A stretch of 32,000 nucleotides of DNA from Nostoc punctiforme PCC 73102 (GCF_000020025.1 NC_010628.1:1-32000); one strand, 5' to 3'; positions 1-10,200 are shown, numbered from the stretch's first letter. A program made the numbers and translations. The notes: a model not told the origin generated them from the sequence alone.

Positions 1-158
1 ATGTATCGTTGCTTCTCCGTGTCAGTCGGTGAGTGTTAGGATCTTGCCTACTGGGTATGTCCCAAAATGATTACAACTTAAAAGCTTATTCTAGGTCTAG
101 CGTGTCTGGATGCTAAATTGATGCTTTATCTTCTATTGTGACGATTAGCAGCAAAGGT

Positions 159-167
159 GGTGGATAA
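159..167 (-). promoter_or_regulatory. DnaA-box-like 9-mer TTATCCACC abutting the dnaA start codon
   Basis: The + strand reads ggtggataa at 159..167. Its reverse complement TTATCCACC matches the TTATCCACA consensus at 8/9. Base 167 is the A of the dnaA ATG (167..169). Only one site was seen. Confidence 0.35.
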
Positions 168-1546
168 TGGAAATTCCCATAGAAAGTCTGTGGAGTCAGG
201 TACTAGAGCGCCTACAGGTTGAACTATCCCGACCGACCTTTGAAACTTGGATAAAAACTGCTAGTGCGGAGCGATTAGAAAATAATTGCTTAGTAATCCG
301 CACTCCTAACCCTTTTGCTCGTAATTGGTTACAGAAGTATTACATCAATACCATTGCTCATGCAGTACAAGATATTCTCGGTCATCCCGTAGGAATTTAC
401 ATTACTGTTGCTCAAGGTGATGAAGTTTCTCATTTTAGTGAACGGGAGGTTTCTTGGGAATCAACAAATCCTAGCAGTATTCCAGAATCCTTACCTCATC
501 ACAATCATAAAACTACTGAATTAAATTCTAAATATGTCTTTTCACGATTTGTAGTTGGTGCCAACAATCGGATGGCTCACGCTGCTTCTTTGGCAGTTGC
601 AGAATCTCCCGGTAAAGAATTTAATCCTTTATTTTTATGCGGTGGGGTAGGTTTAGGGAAAACTCATCTGATGCAAGCTATTGGTCATTATCGCTGGAAA
701 ATTTGTCCTGATTGTAAAATATTTTATGTTTCTACTGAACAGTTTACTAATGATTTAATTACAGCGATTCGTAAAGATAGTATGCAAAGTTTTCGAGAAC
801 ATTATCGAGCTGCTGATGTTTTATTAGTTGATGATATTCAGTTTCTTGAAGGTAAGGAATACACTCAAGAAGAATTTTTTTATACTTTTAATACTTTACA
901 TGAAGCTGGGAAACAAGTTGTGATTGCTTCCGATCGTCCTCCTAACCAGATTCCTAGCTTACAAGAACGTCTTTGTTCTCGGTTTTCTATGGGGTTAATC
1001 GCAGATATCCAAAAGCCAGATTTAGAAACTAGGATGGCAATTTTGCAAAAAAAAGCCGAGGATGAAAATATTCGTCTTCCCCGCGATGTGATTGAATATA
1101 TTGCTTCTAACTATACTTCTAATATTCGAGAATTAGAAGGAGCTTTAATTCGGGCGGTGGCTTATATTTCTATTTGGGGCTTACCGATGACGGTGGAAAA
1201 TATTACACCTGTTTTAGAACCGCCTAACGAAAAAATGGCAGCTAGCCCAGAAGCAATTTTAAAGGTCGTAGCGGATAATTTTGATGTTTCAATAGACGAT
1301 CTCAAAGGTAACTCACGACGAAGAGAGATTAGCTGGGCGCGTCAAATTGGAATGTATCTCATGCGTCAACACACATCTCTGAGTTTGCCGAGAATTGGCG
1401 AGGAGTTTGGTGGTAAAGACCATACAACGGTAATCTATAGTTGCGATAAAATTACCCAACTCCACCAGGGCGATCGCACTTTAGCACAAACTCTCCGCCA
1501 ACTGAGCGATCGCATCAACATGACTAGCCGTTCTCAAAAATCATAG
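167..1546 (+). CDS. dnaA: chromosomal replication initiator protein DnaA
   Basis: 459-aa ORF with a DnaA N-terminal domain ([19 protein letters not shown]). The AAA+ core has Walker [11 protein letters not shown] and Walker B LLVDDIQF. The C-terminal DNA-binding region contains [11 protein letters not shown]. Confidence 0.97.
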   Translation: MEIPIESLWSQVLERLQVELSRPTFETWIKTASAERLENNCLVIRTPNPFARNWLQKYYINTIAHAVQDILGHPVGIYITVAQGDEVSHFSEREVSWESTNPSSIPESLPHHNHKTTELNSKYVFSRFVVGANNRMAHAASLAVAESPGKEFNPLFLCGGVGLGKTHLMQAIGHYRWKICPDCKIFYVSTEQFTNDLITAIRKDSMQSFREHYRAADVLLVDDIQFLEGKEYTQEEFFYTFNTLHEAGKQVVIASDRPPNQIPSLQERLCSRFSMGLIADIQKPDLETRMAILQKKAEDENIRLPRDVIEYIASNYTSNIRELEGALIRAVAYISIWGLPMTVENITPVLEPPNEKMAASPEAILKVVADNFDVSIDDLKGNSRRREISWARQIGMYLMRQHTSLSLPRIGEEFGGKDHTTVIYSCDKITQLHQGDRTLAQTLRQLSDRINMTSRSQKS

Positions 1547-1556
1547 GAAAAATATG

Positions 1557-1583
1557 CTGATGGGGTGATTGTTTCCCCGTCAG
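1557..1583 (+). terminator. hairpin just downstream of the dnaA stop (possible terminator, no U-tract)
   Basis: ctgatgggg (1557..1565) pairs with ccccgtcag (1575..1583): 9 bp including one G-U, with a 9-nt loop. It is followed by cgctgcgcg rather than a T run. Confidence 0.3.
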
Positions 1584-1765
1584 CGCTGCGCGAACAGACC
1601 TCAAAGGGAAGCGACACGAGCGATTTAAAGACGCTCGGATGATTTATTCCGTGGTGGTAAACCTCGCGCAACAGAAGCTTTAAAGGATGATGAGCGCGAT
1701 TACCACTTTATAAATGGTCTCTAAATATATTTTCTATATTTTCGAAAATAAAATCGGAGTTTTAT

Positions 1766-2947
1766 ATGTCGAGTAAAAAGAAAGAACCAATTGGATGTGG
1801 ATGCTCAAATATTCCGATTTCTATAATCCTAATTATCTTAGGAGGTGGTTATTGGTGGTTTAGCCAGAAAGGATATCCAGAAATTAGCAAGTTTTTAGAT
1901 AATAGCAAAAATATAAACATACATATTCCTAAGCCTACTAAAACTAGTTTTTCAACTATTAATACAACTCCTTATATAACACCAATTCCTTCTTTAGCAA
2001 GCACTCCAACTTTTACTGATAATCCGAAAATAATCCCAGATAAAAAAATACTATTGCTTCAAACAGCTTGGGAGAAGAAAGTAATTAGAGGAATTTATTT
2101 AACTCGCTACCAAATTACCAATAATGCCAACGAACAAACGATTCGTGAAAGAGTTCGTTACTATCACTCTCAAGGAATTAATACAATTATTCATGGCGTT
2201 TGGGGTAATGGTTGTACTATGTACAATAGCGAAGTAATGCAGCAAACTTTCGGGTATAAAAGTTGTCCAAATCAATTTCAAGAGCAATGGTTAAATTGGT
2301 TGATTGATGAAGCACATAAGCAAGGAATGCAAGTTCATGCTTACTTCGAGAAGGGAATTAAAATAGATAAGAATAGCCCAATTTTTGATTTAGCAATTTT
2401 CCGGAAATGGATTGTTCCAGGAGTGGATAAAACCTACTCTGGAATCGATCATTATGTACTTGATGTAGAAATTCCTGAAGTTGCTAATCTTTTTCAAAAT
2501 ATCTTAGTAGAGTTTGTCAAAAAATATCCTGATATTGATGCAGTTCAATGGGATGATTATCTGGGTTATTATGCTGAATTATCTGGAAAAGTTGACCGCA
2601 CTGCAAATTTAACTAAATTTGTACAACAAATGGTAACTTCTATGAAAAAAGCTAATCCATCAGTAAGTTTTGATATTTGCCATCATAACCCCTATTGGGC
2701 TAAAAAATATTTTGCAGCTGACTGGGAAAAATGGGGTGCAGATCGTATATTTATTCAAGCTTATAATGATAGTAATTTTGTTGAAGAGTTAAATTATGCT
2801 CAAAAATATGCTGGAGTTGCGATTACAGATCGGCAACTGGGTCGGTTAAAAGAATTAGTTGATAACCCAAAAATTAAAAGCATCTTAGTTTTTCCATTTT
2901 CGGGAAACCCAGAAGAAACAGCTTCTAGCTTAAAAAACTCACTGTGA
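1766..2947 (+). CDS. membrane-anchored putative glycoside hydrolase (GHL10/DUF187, YngK-like)
   Basis: 393-aa ORF with an N-terminal hydrophobic anchor (IPISIILIILGGGYWWF). The following TIM-barrel-like region has motifs I associate with the family-10-like hydrolases (IRGIYLTRYQ, GINTIIHGVWGNG, AHKQGMQVHAYFE, DAVQWDDYLGY). The family call is from memory only. Confidence 0.6.
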   Translation: MSSKKKEPIGCGCSNIPISIILIILGGGYWWFSQKGYPEISKFLDNSKNINIHIPKPTKTSFSTINTTPYITPIPSLASTPTFTDNPKIIPDKKILLLQTAWEKKVIRGIYLTRYQITNNANEQTIRERVRYYHSQGINTIIHGVWGNGCTMYNSEVMQQTFGYKSCPNQFQEQWLNWLIDEAHKQGMQVHAYFEKGIKIDKNSPIFDLAIFRKWIVPGVDKTYSGIDHYVLDVEIPEVANLFQNILVEFVKKYPDIDAVQWDDYLGYYAELSGKVDRTANLTKFVQQMVTSMKKANPSVSFDICHHNPYWAKKYFAADWEKWGADRIFIQAYNDSNFVEELNYAQKYAGVAITDRQLGRLKELVDNPKIKSILVFPFSGNPEETASSLKNSL

Positions 2948-3094
2948 TGTGGGAGCAAATATTCTGAGTGAGGAAACAAAAGATAATGAAGTAAGCGTGA
3001 TTTAAAAGAGTTTTTAAGAGTGCGGAAGAGTAAGTAAGTTGGCACAATAAAATCAAACTATGTAAAGAGAAATGAACTAGCTAAAACCCTTATA

Positions 3095-3155
3095 CCTATT
3101 GACTGTTGCCTATTGCCTTATCCCAACGACAATTATTTACGTCCACTTACTTAGT
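3095..3155. repeat. copy A of a ~61-bp direct repeat (CCTATTG heptamer-like lead plus 46-nt core)
   Basis: Core 3110..3155 matches 5160..5205 at 44/46 by hand alignment. The 15 nt to the left match 11/15. Confidence 0.8.
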
Positions 3156-3194
3156 AAATCTGGTTTATTAAAAGAGGTATAAACCCAACTCAAC

Positions 3195-4685
3195 TTAAAA
3201 CAATTCAAAATATTCTCTTTGCTCCCAATTAGTCACCTGCTTTAAATACTCTTCTGGTGGCTGATCGGCGACGGACTGCAAAAAGCGATTAATTTCACTC
3301 TCTTTCATCTTAATGATGAAGTTTATGAACTGCTGCCCCATTTTTTGAGGAAAAAGTTCGCTTTGGCTCAAATATGAAATCGCCTCTGACAAACTTTTGG
3401 GTAAGATCGGATTTTCTGTAGTATAAGGTTCCTCTGTTGGAGAGCCAGGATCAAGTTTACAATCTACACCATCTAAACCAGAAATCAATTGCGATGCCAT
3501 ATAGAGATAGGGATTGGCTGCTGGTTCTCCAACTCGGTTTTCAATGTGGGTACTGGGGTCATCAAAACCGCCTTGTAATCTAATCATTGCCCCTCGGTTT
3601 TCCAATCCCCACCCCGCACGGTCAGGGGCTAGGGAATAAGGTCTAAATCTTTTGTAGCCGTTAATTGTTGGGGTTGTGAATACAGAAGCAGCATTGGCGT
3701 GTTTAAGAAGACCACCAACGAAGTGTTTAGCTAAATCTGACGTGAGGGTTTGGGAGTTTGCAGACATAAAAGCGTTCTCGCCTGTGGTAAGGTCTACAAG
3801 GGATTGGTGCAAATGCCAGCCATTAGAAGAAGAACCTTGCAATCCTGGACGACACATAAATGATGCGATGTAACCTTGTTGACGACAGATTTGCTTGGTT
3901 GCCATTCGAAATATCATCATTGTATCGGCAGCTTGCAATGCAGGAATCGGGTCAAAAGTAAATTCAAATTGACCAACACCCCCTTCGTTTTCTACACTCC
4001 TTAAAGGCAATTTCATTTCAACTAAATTCTCTGCCAGAAGGCCCAGCAAATCTTGAATCTCTGGATTGTGTGATTCTAAAAGGTATTGGAAGCTATGGTC
4101 TACAGCGCTAACTTTAGCAGGTTCACCGGGTTTTCCAGAACTACCAACATTAGCGATCGCTAACATCGGATCTTCCAACTTTGCTAGATACCACTCAACT
4201 TCTAAGCCGACAATATGCTCCAATCCTCTTTGATGTAAATCTATCAATGATTGGCGCAAAATACCGCGACTAGAAAAGGGCATTGGCTGACCATTCTGAA
4301 AGTACTCATCACAGAGAATAAAGCCAGTACGTTTTGCCCAAGGCACAATTTTGAATGTATCAGGATCAGGAACAGCCACAAGATTTGGCGCACCTGTCAT
4401 CAAAGGCATATCTAAACTACCACCGGGAACAAATGGGTTAAATACTATTGCACCACCAGTATCTAACAGGAATGTCCCTGTGCTGATTTGCATACCGTTT
4501 TCCAGGGCGCTGAAAAAAGCTTGGGGTAAGAGTGACTTACTGCGAACAATGCCATGCTGGTCTGACCAAGCGGTACGAATCAACAATAAATCCTGTTCTT
4601 TAACAATAGTCTTAATTTTTTCAGATGCTTCTTTTTGGATTTCTGTCCACAGGTGATGACGCTCAATAAATCCAGGTCTTTTCAT
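3195..4685 (-). CDS. glutamine synthetase family protein (GlnA3/PuuA-like gamma-glutamyl ligase)
   Basis: 496-aa ORF with an N-terminal beta-grasp-like region. GS catalytic-domain motifs are present (FMCRPG..SSNGWHLHQSL, IENRVGEPAANPYLYMASQLISGLDG). Confidence 0.88.
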   Translation of the reverse strand: MKRPGFIERHHLWTEIQKEASEKIKTIVKEQDLLLIRTAWSDQHGIVRSKSLLPQAFFSALENGMQISTGTFLLDTGGAIVFNPFVPGGSLDMPLMTGAPNLVAVPDPDTFKIVPWAKRTGFILCDEYFQNGQPMPFSSRGILRQSLIDLHQRGLEHIVGLEVEWYLAKLEDPMLAIANVGSSGKPGEPAKVSAVDHSFQYLLESHNPEIQDLLGLLAENLVEMKLPLRSVENEGGVGQFEFTFDPIPALQAADTMMIFRMATKQICRQQGYIASFMCRPGLQGSSSNGWHLHQSLVDLTTGENAFMSANSQTLTSDLAKHFVGGLLKHANAASVFTTPTINGYKRFRPYSLAPDRAGWGLENRGAMIRLQGGFDDPSTHIENRVGEPAANPYLYMASQLISGLDGVDCKLDPGSPTEEPYTTENPILPKSLSEAISYLSQSELFPQKMGQQFINFIIKMKESEINRFLQSVADQPPEEYLKQVTNWEQREYFELF

Positions 4686-4762
4686 TGGGATTGTCTAATC
4701 ATGTTCAACTGCTTGTGTGGTTAGTTTGACACTTATTTCGCCAGTTTCGTGAATAATATGGA

Positions 4763-4899
4763 ACTAGTAGTCTGTCCCAAAAGTTTTGATAGGTGAATCA
4801 CTTTTAAATTTCTCTTCTTTACCTCTTCTACTTTGCGCTCTTTGCGCCCTTTGCGGTTCGTTCTTTTATCCCTCAGAATTAATGGGACAGACCACTAGT
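4763..4899. mobile_element. MITE-like 137-bp element with 16-bp terminal inverted repeats
   Basis: actagtagtctgtccc (4763..4778) against the reverse complement of gggacagaccactagt (4884..4899) gives 15/16. The interior holds ctttgcgctctttgcgccctttgcggtt, which resembles the ctctgtgcctctgcggtt motif at 26021..26038. Confidence 0.5.
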
Positions 4900-4990
4900 C
4901 TTCAAGCGTGGCGTAAAGTAAATCACAGAGGGTACGGTAAACCTATATCTAACCTATTTCCAAGAGCAATGTGATTTTGTTAGTAGTTTT

Positions 4991-5070
4991 GTAGGTTGGG
5001 TGGAGTGAAACGCAACCCAACATTACCACCTTATTTATGTTGGGTTACACTATCGCTGCACCCAGCCTTG
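4991..5070. repeat. paired GTTGGGT/ACCCAAC hairpin repeat typical of Nostoc-type intergenic repeats
   Basis: gttgggt (4995..5001) pairs with acccaac (5015..5021). A second, imperfect unit is gttgggt (5039..5045) with acccagc (5060..5066). Confidence 0.5.
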
Positions 5071-5137
5071 TATCTTACATAAATATATCTTTTAAAAAAC
5101 TCTTGGTTTCAACATAGATGAGGTTTATTTCATATTT

Positions 5138-5205
5138 CCTATTGCCTATTGCCTATTTTCTATTGCCTTATCCCAACGACAATTATTTACGCCTACTTAC
5201 TTAGT
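5138..5205. repeat. four tandem CCTATTG-type heptamers plus copy B of the 46-nt core repeat
   Basis: The heptamers are cctattg, cctattg, cctattt, tctattg at 5138..5165. Core 5160..5205 matches 3110..3155 (44/46). The right end supplies the last codons and the stop of the aminotransferase. Confidence 0.8.
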
Positions 5206-6388
5206 TTGAGTAAACGATCGCTCGCTGCTTGTAATGTCTCAGGTGTCTTGCTAAAGCAGAATCTGATCAATGAATGGCCTTTTTCTGGTTGGCTGAAAAA
5301 GCTGGAACCAGGAACTACGGCAACACCAATATTTTTAATTAGATGGTAAGTGAATTCAATATCTGTTTTGTAGCCAAATTTAGAAATATCTGCAAGAACA
5401 TAATAGGCTCCTTGGGGAAGGAAGTAAGGAATGCCAACTCCATCAAGTATCTGTAAGATCGAGTCTCGCTTCTGGTGATAAAGTTTGCCTAGTTCTTCAT
5501 AATAGGATGGTGGTAGTTGCATCGCGGTAACTCCGGCTCGTTGCAATGGTGCAGGAGCGCCAACGGTAAGAAAATCATGGACTTTGCGAATGGCTCCCGT
5601 TAATGCGGGGTTTGCCAAAATGTAACCAACTCGCCATCCGGTGACACTATAAGTTTTGGATAGACCGTTAATGGTAATGGTGCGTTCTTCCATACCGGGA
5701 AGGGTCGCTAGGGCAATATGTTGAGTGCCATCATAGAGAATATGTTCGTAGATTTCATCTGTGAAGGCTAACACATCCCATTTTTGACAAAGTTCAGCAA
5801 TTAAGGTGAGTTCTTCACGGGTAAAAACTTTGCCGGTGGGGTTATGGGGTGTGTTGATAATAATAGCTTTGGTATTAGCATTGAAAGCTTGATGCAACTG
5901 TGCTTCATCAAATGTCCAATGGGGAGGATGCAGTGTTACGTATCGGGGTGTAGCACCAGCTAAAATCGCATCGGGGCCGTAGTTTTCGTAATAAGGCTCA
6001 AATACAATTACTTCGTCACCAGGATCGACTGTCGCCAGCATTACAGATGCCATTGCTTCTGTGGAACCACAGGTGACGGTGATTTGGGTTTCAGGGTCGA
6101 TATCTAAGCCGAGATACCAACGAACTTTGCTAGCGATCGCATGACGAAATGCGCGTAGACGTGAAGCGGCTTGTCGTCAGACATCGCCCCAAGTAATGGC
6201 ATACTGGTTGACATCTGCCTCTATTGCTTCATTTGCTGCCTGTTTCAACTCCAAGGGACATGGAAAATCAGGGAACCCTTGAGCCAGATTTACTGCACTA
6301 TATTGCAGTGCCACCCTTGTCATTTCCCTAATTACCGACTCTCTAAACTGGTCTGCCTTCGCTGATATTTTTTTACGCCCAATCTCAC
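5193..6388 (-). pseudogene. class I/II PLP-dependent aminotransferase (YbdL/methionine-aminotransferase-like), disrupted
   Basis: ORF 5193..6053 encodes the C-terminal two thirds (NTPHNPTG, SKTYSVTGWRVGY). The same frame continues upstream through TCGSTEAMASV and QGFPDFPCP but contains an in-frame TGA at 6177..6179. The conserved N-terminus (KADQFRESVIREMT) has no in-frame ATG/GTG/TTG. A GTG at 6386..6388 with a GGAGG 7 nt upstream would become in frame if the T7 run at 6368..6374 (A7 on the coding strand) were one base longer. Confidence 0.8.
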
Positions 6389-6567
6389 TCCCCTACCTCC
6401 GTTAATCTCGATTACAGTTATGCAGGAATTTTTCTAAAACCCATAATACCGATAGCTTTATCGTAGTATACTCAAATTCGAGATTCAGAGGGAATGCAAC
6501 CTTATAATCTATATACTTAATTATTGATATTAATAGTCAATTACTGAAGTACCAGTCCAGAATTATC

Positions 6568-7167
6568 ATGAAATCTTTGCACCGTCCCGATCTTTATAGC
6601 TGGTCTAATTTCAATCCGGCAAGAAATATTGATTTCAATGGGATTGCCTGGATTCGCCCAGATGGAAACATCTTGATTGACCCAGTAGCCCTATCAAACC
6701 ATGATTGGAATCATTTGAAATCCCTCGGTGGTGTAGTCTGGATTGTGCTGACGAATTCTGAGCATGTCAGGGCAAGTAAAGATATTGCCGATCAAACTTA
6801 TGCTAAGATAGCTGGTCCAGTGGCAGAAAAAGACACTTTTCCCATACCTTGCGATCGCTGGCTGTCTGATGGTGAAGAATTTGTACCAGGGCTGGAGGTG
6901 ATTGAACTCCACGGCTCGAAAACTCCCGGTGAATTGGCTCTGTTACTGGAAGAGACAACTTTAATTACAGGGGATTTAGTCAGGGCACGTAAAGCAGGTA
7001 GCTTAACTATATTGCCAGATGACAAGCTACTGAATCGAGAGGAGGCTGTTGCTTCTGTTCGCAGGTTAGCAGAACTGAGTCGAGTTGAAGCAGTGTTGGT
7101 GGGGGATGGTTGGCCCGTCTTCCGCGATGGACGCGATCGCTTAGAGGAACTTGTAGCGACGCTGTAA
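6568..7167 (+). CDS. MBL-fold metallo-hydrolase family protein
   Basis: 199-aa ORF. The pattern FNGIAWIRPDGNILIDP..VVWIVLTNSEHVR..LITGDLV is typical of small cyanobacterial metallo-beta-lactamase-fold proteins. The metal-binding motif looks atypical, so activity is uncertain. Confidence 0.8.
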   Translation: MKSLHRPDLYSWSNFNPARNIDFNGIAWIRPDGNILIDPVALSNHDWNHLKSLGGVVWIVLTNSEHVRASKDIADQTYAKIAGPVAEKDTFPIPCDRWLSDGEEFVPGLEVIELHGSKTPGELALLLEETTLITGDLVRARKAGSLTILPDDKLLNREEAVASVRRLAELSRVEAVLVGDGWPVFRDGRDRLEELVATL

Positions 7168-7214
7168 ATGGGTGGGGCGATGCCTATGTTCAGGGCTAGC
7201 CCTACGCTCAATTT

Positions 7215-10200
7215 TTACTGAGTGTTAATATCATCGCAGAGGGTGCGATCGTTTTTCATATTAGGGTTATTTTTCAGATAACCAGATGCCAATTTACAGG
7301 CACGCTTGAGTAAATCATCTAAATTATTATTAAGATATATTTTTCCCTCATTGCTATTAAGCTCAATTGTCTTATTGGTATTAAGGTTAAATCGCTCGCC
7401 TAAGAAAGAACTGATGGGATAGAGTAAGTAAGGATCTTTCGTAAACCAACTATTGAGAAAATATAGACCTGTATTATAATCAGAACCAACAGCTAGCATT
7501 TTGTTGTCATTATCAAAACTTAAAGTATTACTGCTATAATCGGTTTTTAAGGGTTCAATTTTTCCATTATCTAAATTCCCCAATTTAGCAGAAGAACCAC
7601 TAATAAAGGCAATTTTCTTATCATCAGCTTGGAAGCGTATATTTGTAATTTTATCAGGATCGCGGATGGTTGGTTTTTGTAATTTACCATCAAGATTCCA
7701 GAGTCTTATAATTTGATCGTCACTAGCAGAAGCAATAATTTTCCCATCATGAGTGAAACTCACACTATTGACTTTATCACCGTGTTTTATAATCGGTTTA
7801 AGCAATTTACCATTTCTATTCCAAAACCTTACTGTTTTGTCGTCACTAGCAGAAGCGATGATTTTTTTATTAGGGCTGAACGCAACACTATTAACCCAAT
7901 CAGTATGACCCCATAAGGTTGCTAGCGGCTTGCCTTTTAAATCCCAAAGTTTTAAACTATCATCTTTACTAACGGAAGCAACTGTTTTTTTATTAAGACT
8001 AAACCTAATAAAAGAATCTATATTATTACATGAAAAATTTGCGTGACCTTTAATAGATTTTAACTCTTGAAACTTGGCACTATCTTCAATACTCCAAAAC
8101 TTCATAACATACTTAGAGCGATAAATCTCATTCGACCAATAAGTTTTGCAGCTAGTAGCACCAATGATTTTTCCATCAGAACTAAAGCTAACCTTATCAA
8201 TGCTAATATCATCATTTATTCCATTACTAAATCCTGAAAGTTGTTTGATAAAATTACCGTTACCGTTATAGATGTTCACAGTGTTATCAGCACTTGCAGA
8301 AGCAATATATTTATTATCAAAACTAAACGCAACATCATTAACACCTTTAATGTGTTTTTGTAAAGTTAGAGGTTCATAGTTATATTTTTTAAGCAAAAGC
8401 TGATTTATATCCCAAATTTTTATAGTATTATCAGCACTGCTAGTTACAATTTTTGTACCATCATGGCTAAAATCTACTTTTGTGATTGTGTCATTATGTC
8501 CTTTGAGTGTTGCGCGTGGTTCTCCTTCAACAGTCCATAGCTTGACAGTATAATTCTGGTTAATAGAAGTAATGTACTTGCCATTAGGATTAAATTTTGC
8601 GCTGATCATGCCATAGTTATCAATAGATTGAAGCGGTTCGCTATTGCTGATATCCCAAATTTTTATCTCACCACTATTAGCGCTAACTGACATGAGCTTT
8701 TTGTCATCTGGACTAAACTCTACGCTTTGTACCTTGGCATTATGTCCAATCAATGGCTTAACGGGAGTACCATCACTTTTATAGAGTTTAACTAAATTGT
8801 CATCACAGATAGCAAGCATCTTGCTATCATGACTAAATATAACAGTTGTAACTTTATCACTATCTGTTTTCAAGGCTTGAATTAAGCTGCGATCGCGGCT
8901 ATTCCAAAGTTGCACTTTATTGTCATCACTGATAGTAGCTATTATCTGACTATTAGGGCTAAAGCTCACATTGGTAACTTGTTTTGTGTTTCCCTTTAAA
9001 TGTCCTATAAATGTTCCGTCACTACTGCGCCAGAGTCTAACAAAATTATCTGCACTGGCAGCAGCAACCAAATTACCATCAGGGCTAAAGTCAATGGTTG
9101 TGATCTTATTGGTGCTACCTTTTAAAGTAATTTCCTTGTTGGTATCTAGTTTCCAGAGCTTTAAGATATCGTCAGGGCTTCCAGTTGCAAGTGTTTGATT
9201 ATCTGGACTAAAGCTAAGAATTGAACTATCTCCTCGGATAGTTTTAATGTGAGTGCCATCACGGTTTTGAAGTTCTATACTATTGTCAGAACTGCCAAGA
9301 GCGACTGTTTGACCATCAAAACTAAACCTTATTTTCCTATTTATATCTTCATCTCTATCGGTTCTCTGGAACGAAGGTAATTTATTGTCGTCAATATCCC
9401 AAATCTTCACAACTCCATCTTTACTAGCTGATGCAAGTAGCTTGCTATCAGGACTGAAGCTTGTATAAGTAATGCTATCATCATGTTTAAAAATATTGTA
9501 ATTAGAACATTGACCTTGAAATATTATAGTTTCAAAGAAAGTTTTCTTATCTTCACTATCCTGGAATATGCTTAATTGATTATCAAGACTATTATTTAAA
9601 AAATCTTTCAATCCAAATGAATTCTTACAAACATTTTCAGCACTTTTGATGAGGTGTGGTTTATCATCAGTAGACCAAACTCTTAGGTTTCCCTGTTTAT
9701 TAAACAAGCTAATAGCATCACCACTGTTGTTGAAATTCATGGTAAATGTGCCAGAATCATAAATCTCAGTAGGCTTATTTTCAAGTTTTTTTGGTGTCAG
9801 TTTCCAAAGTTTAACAGTGTCATACCGTCCCCCTGTAGCAACTGTCTTGTTGTCAGGACTAAAATTTACAATTATGTTTTTGTCATTAAATCTTTGTGGT
9901 AAGCTCTTAAGCTTACCATCTTCCCAACTCCAGATTTTAACTGTTTTATTCTTAGTAGTAGTAGCTAGTAGTTTATCGTTAGGACTAAATGTAATGAAGC
10001 CTAGACCATCTTTATCGATTTTCAAAATTTTTATTGGTTTAAATTTAGGAGTACTCCAGCTTTTACGTTCTGGAATATTCCAGATTTTTGCATTACCATC
10101 TTCGCTGACGGTAGCTAACATTTTTCCATCAGAGTTGAAGCTAATAGATGTTACACTTTTTTTGTGAGCTGACCAGATCCTTTCTTGACCATCAGAAATA

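Noticed and set aside
1-1765. Calling an origin of replication next to dnaA
   Set aside because: I found only one DnaA-box-like 9-mer in the 166 nt upstream and none convincing in the 1547..1765 spacer. dnaN is not adjacent. There is not enough evidence in this window.
4786-4974. 62-aa ORF upstream of the GS-family gene
   Set aside because: It lies mostly inside the 137-bp MITE-like element. The repetitive LCALCALCG sequence derives from the internal ctttgcgc repeats.
6177-6179. Selenocysteine or programmed read-through at the in-frame TGAs (6177..6179 and 26714..26716)
   Set aside because: Neither site is a position where a catalytic Cys/Sec is expected. I could not identify a convincing SECIS-like element immediately 3' of either stop; the small palindrome at 6158..6178 overlaps the first TGA rather than following it. 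The aminotransferase also has a second lesion. Nonsense mutation or sequence error is the simpler explanation.
6798-7211. 137-aa minus-strand ORF immediately downstream of the giant gene
   Set aside because: It is fully antisense to the well-formed MBL-fold gene and encodes an S/R/T-rich low-complexity product. It is most likely a shadow ORF, not a third gene of the cassette.
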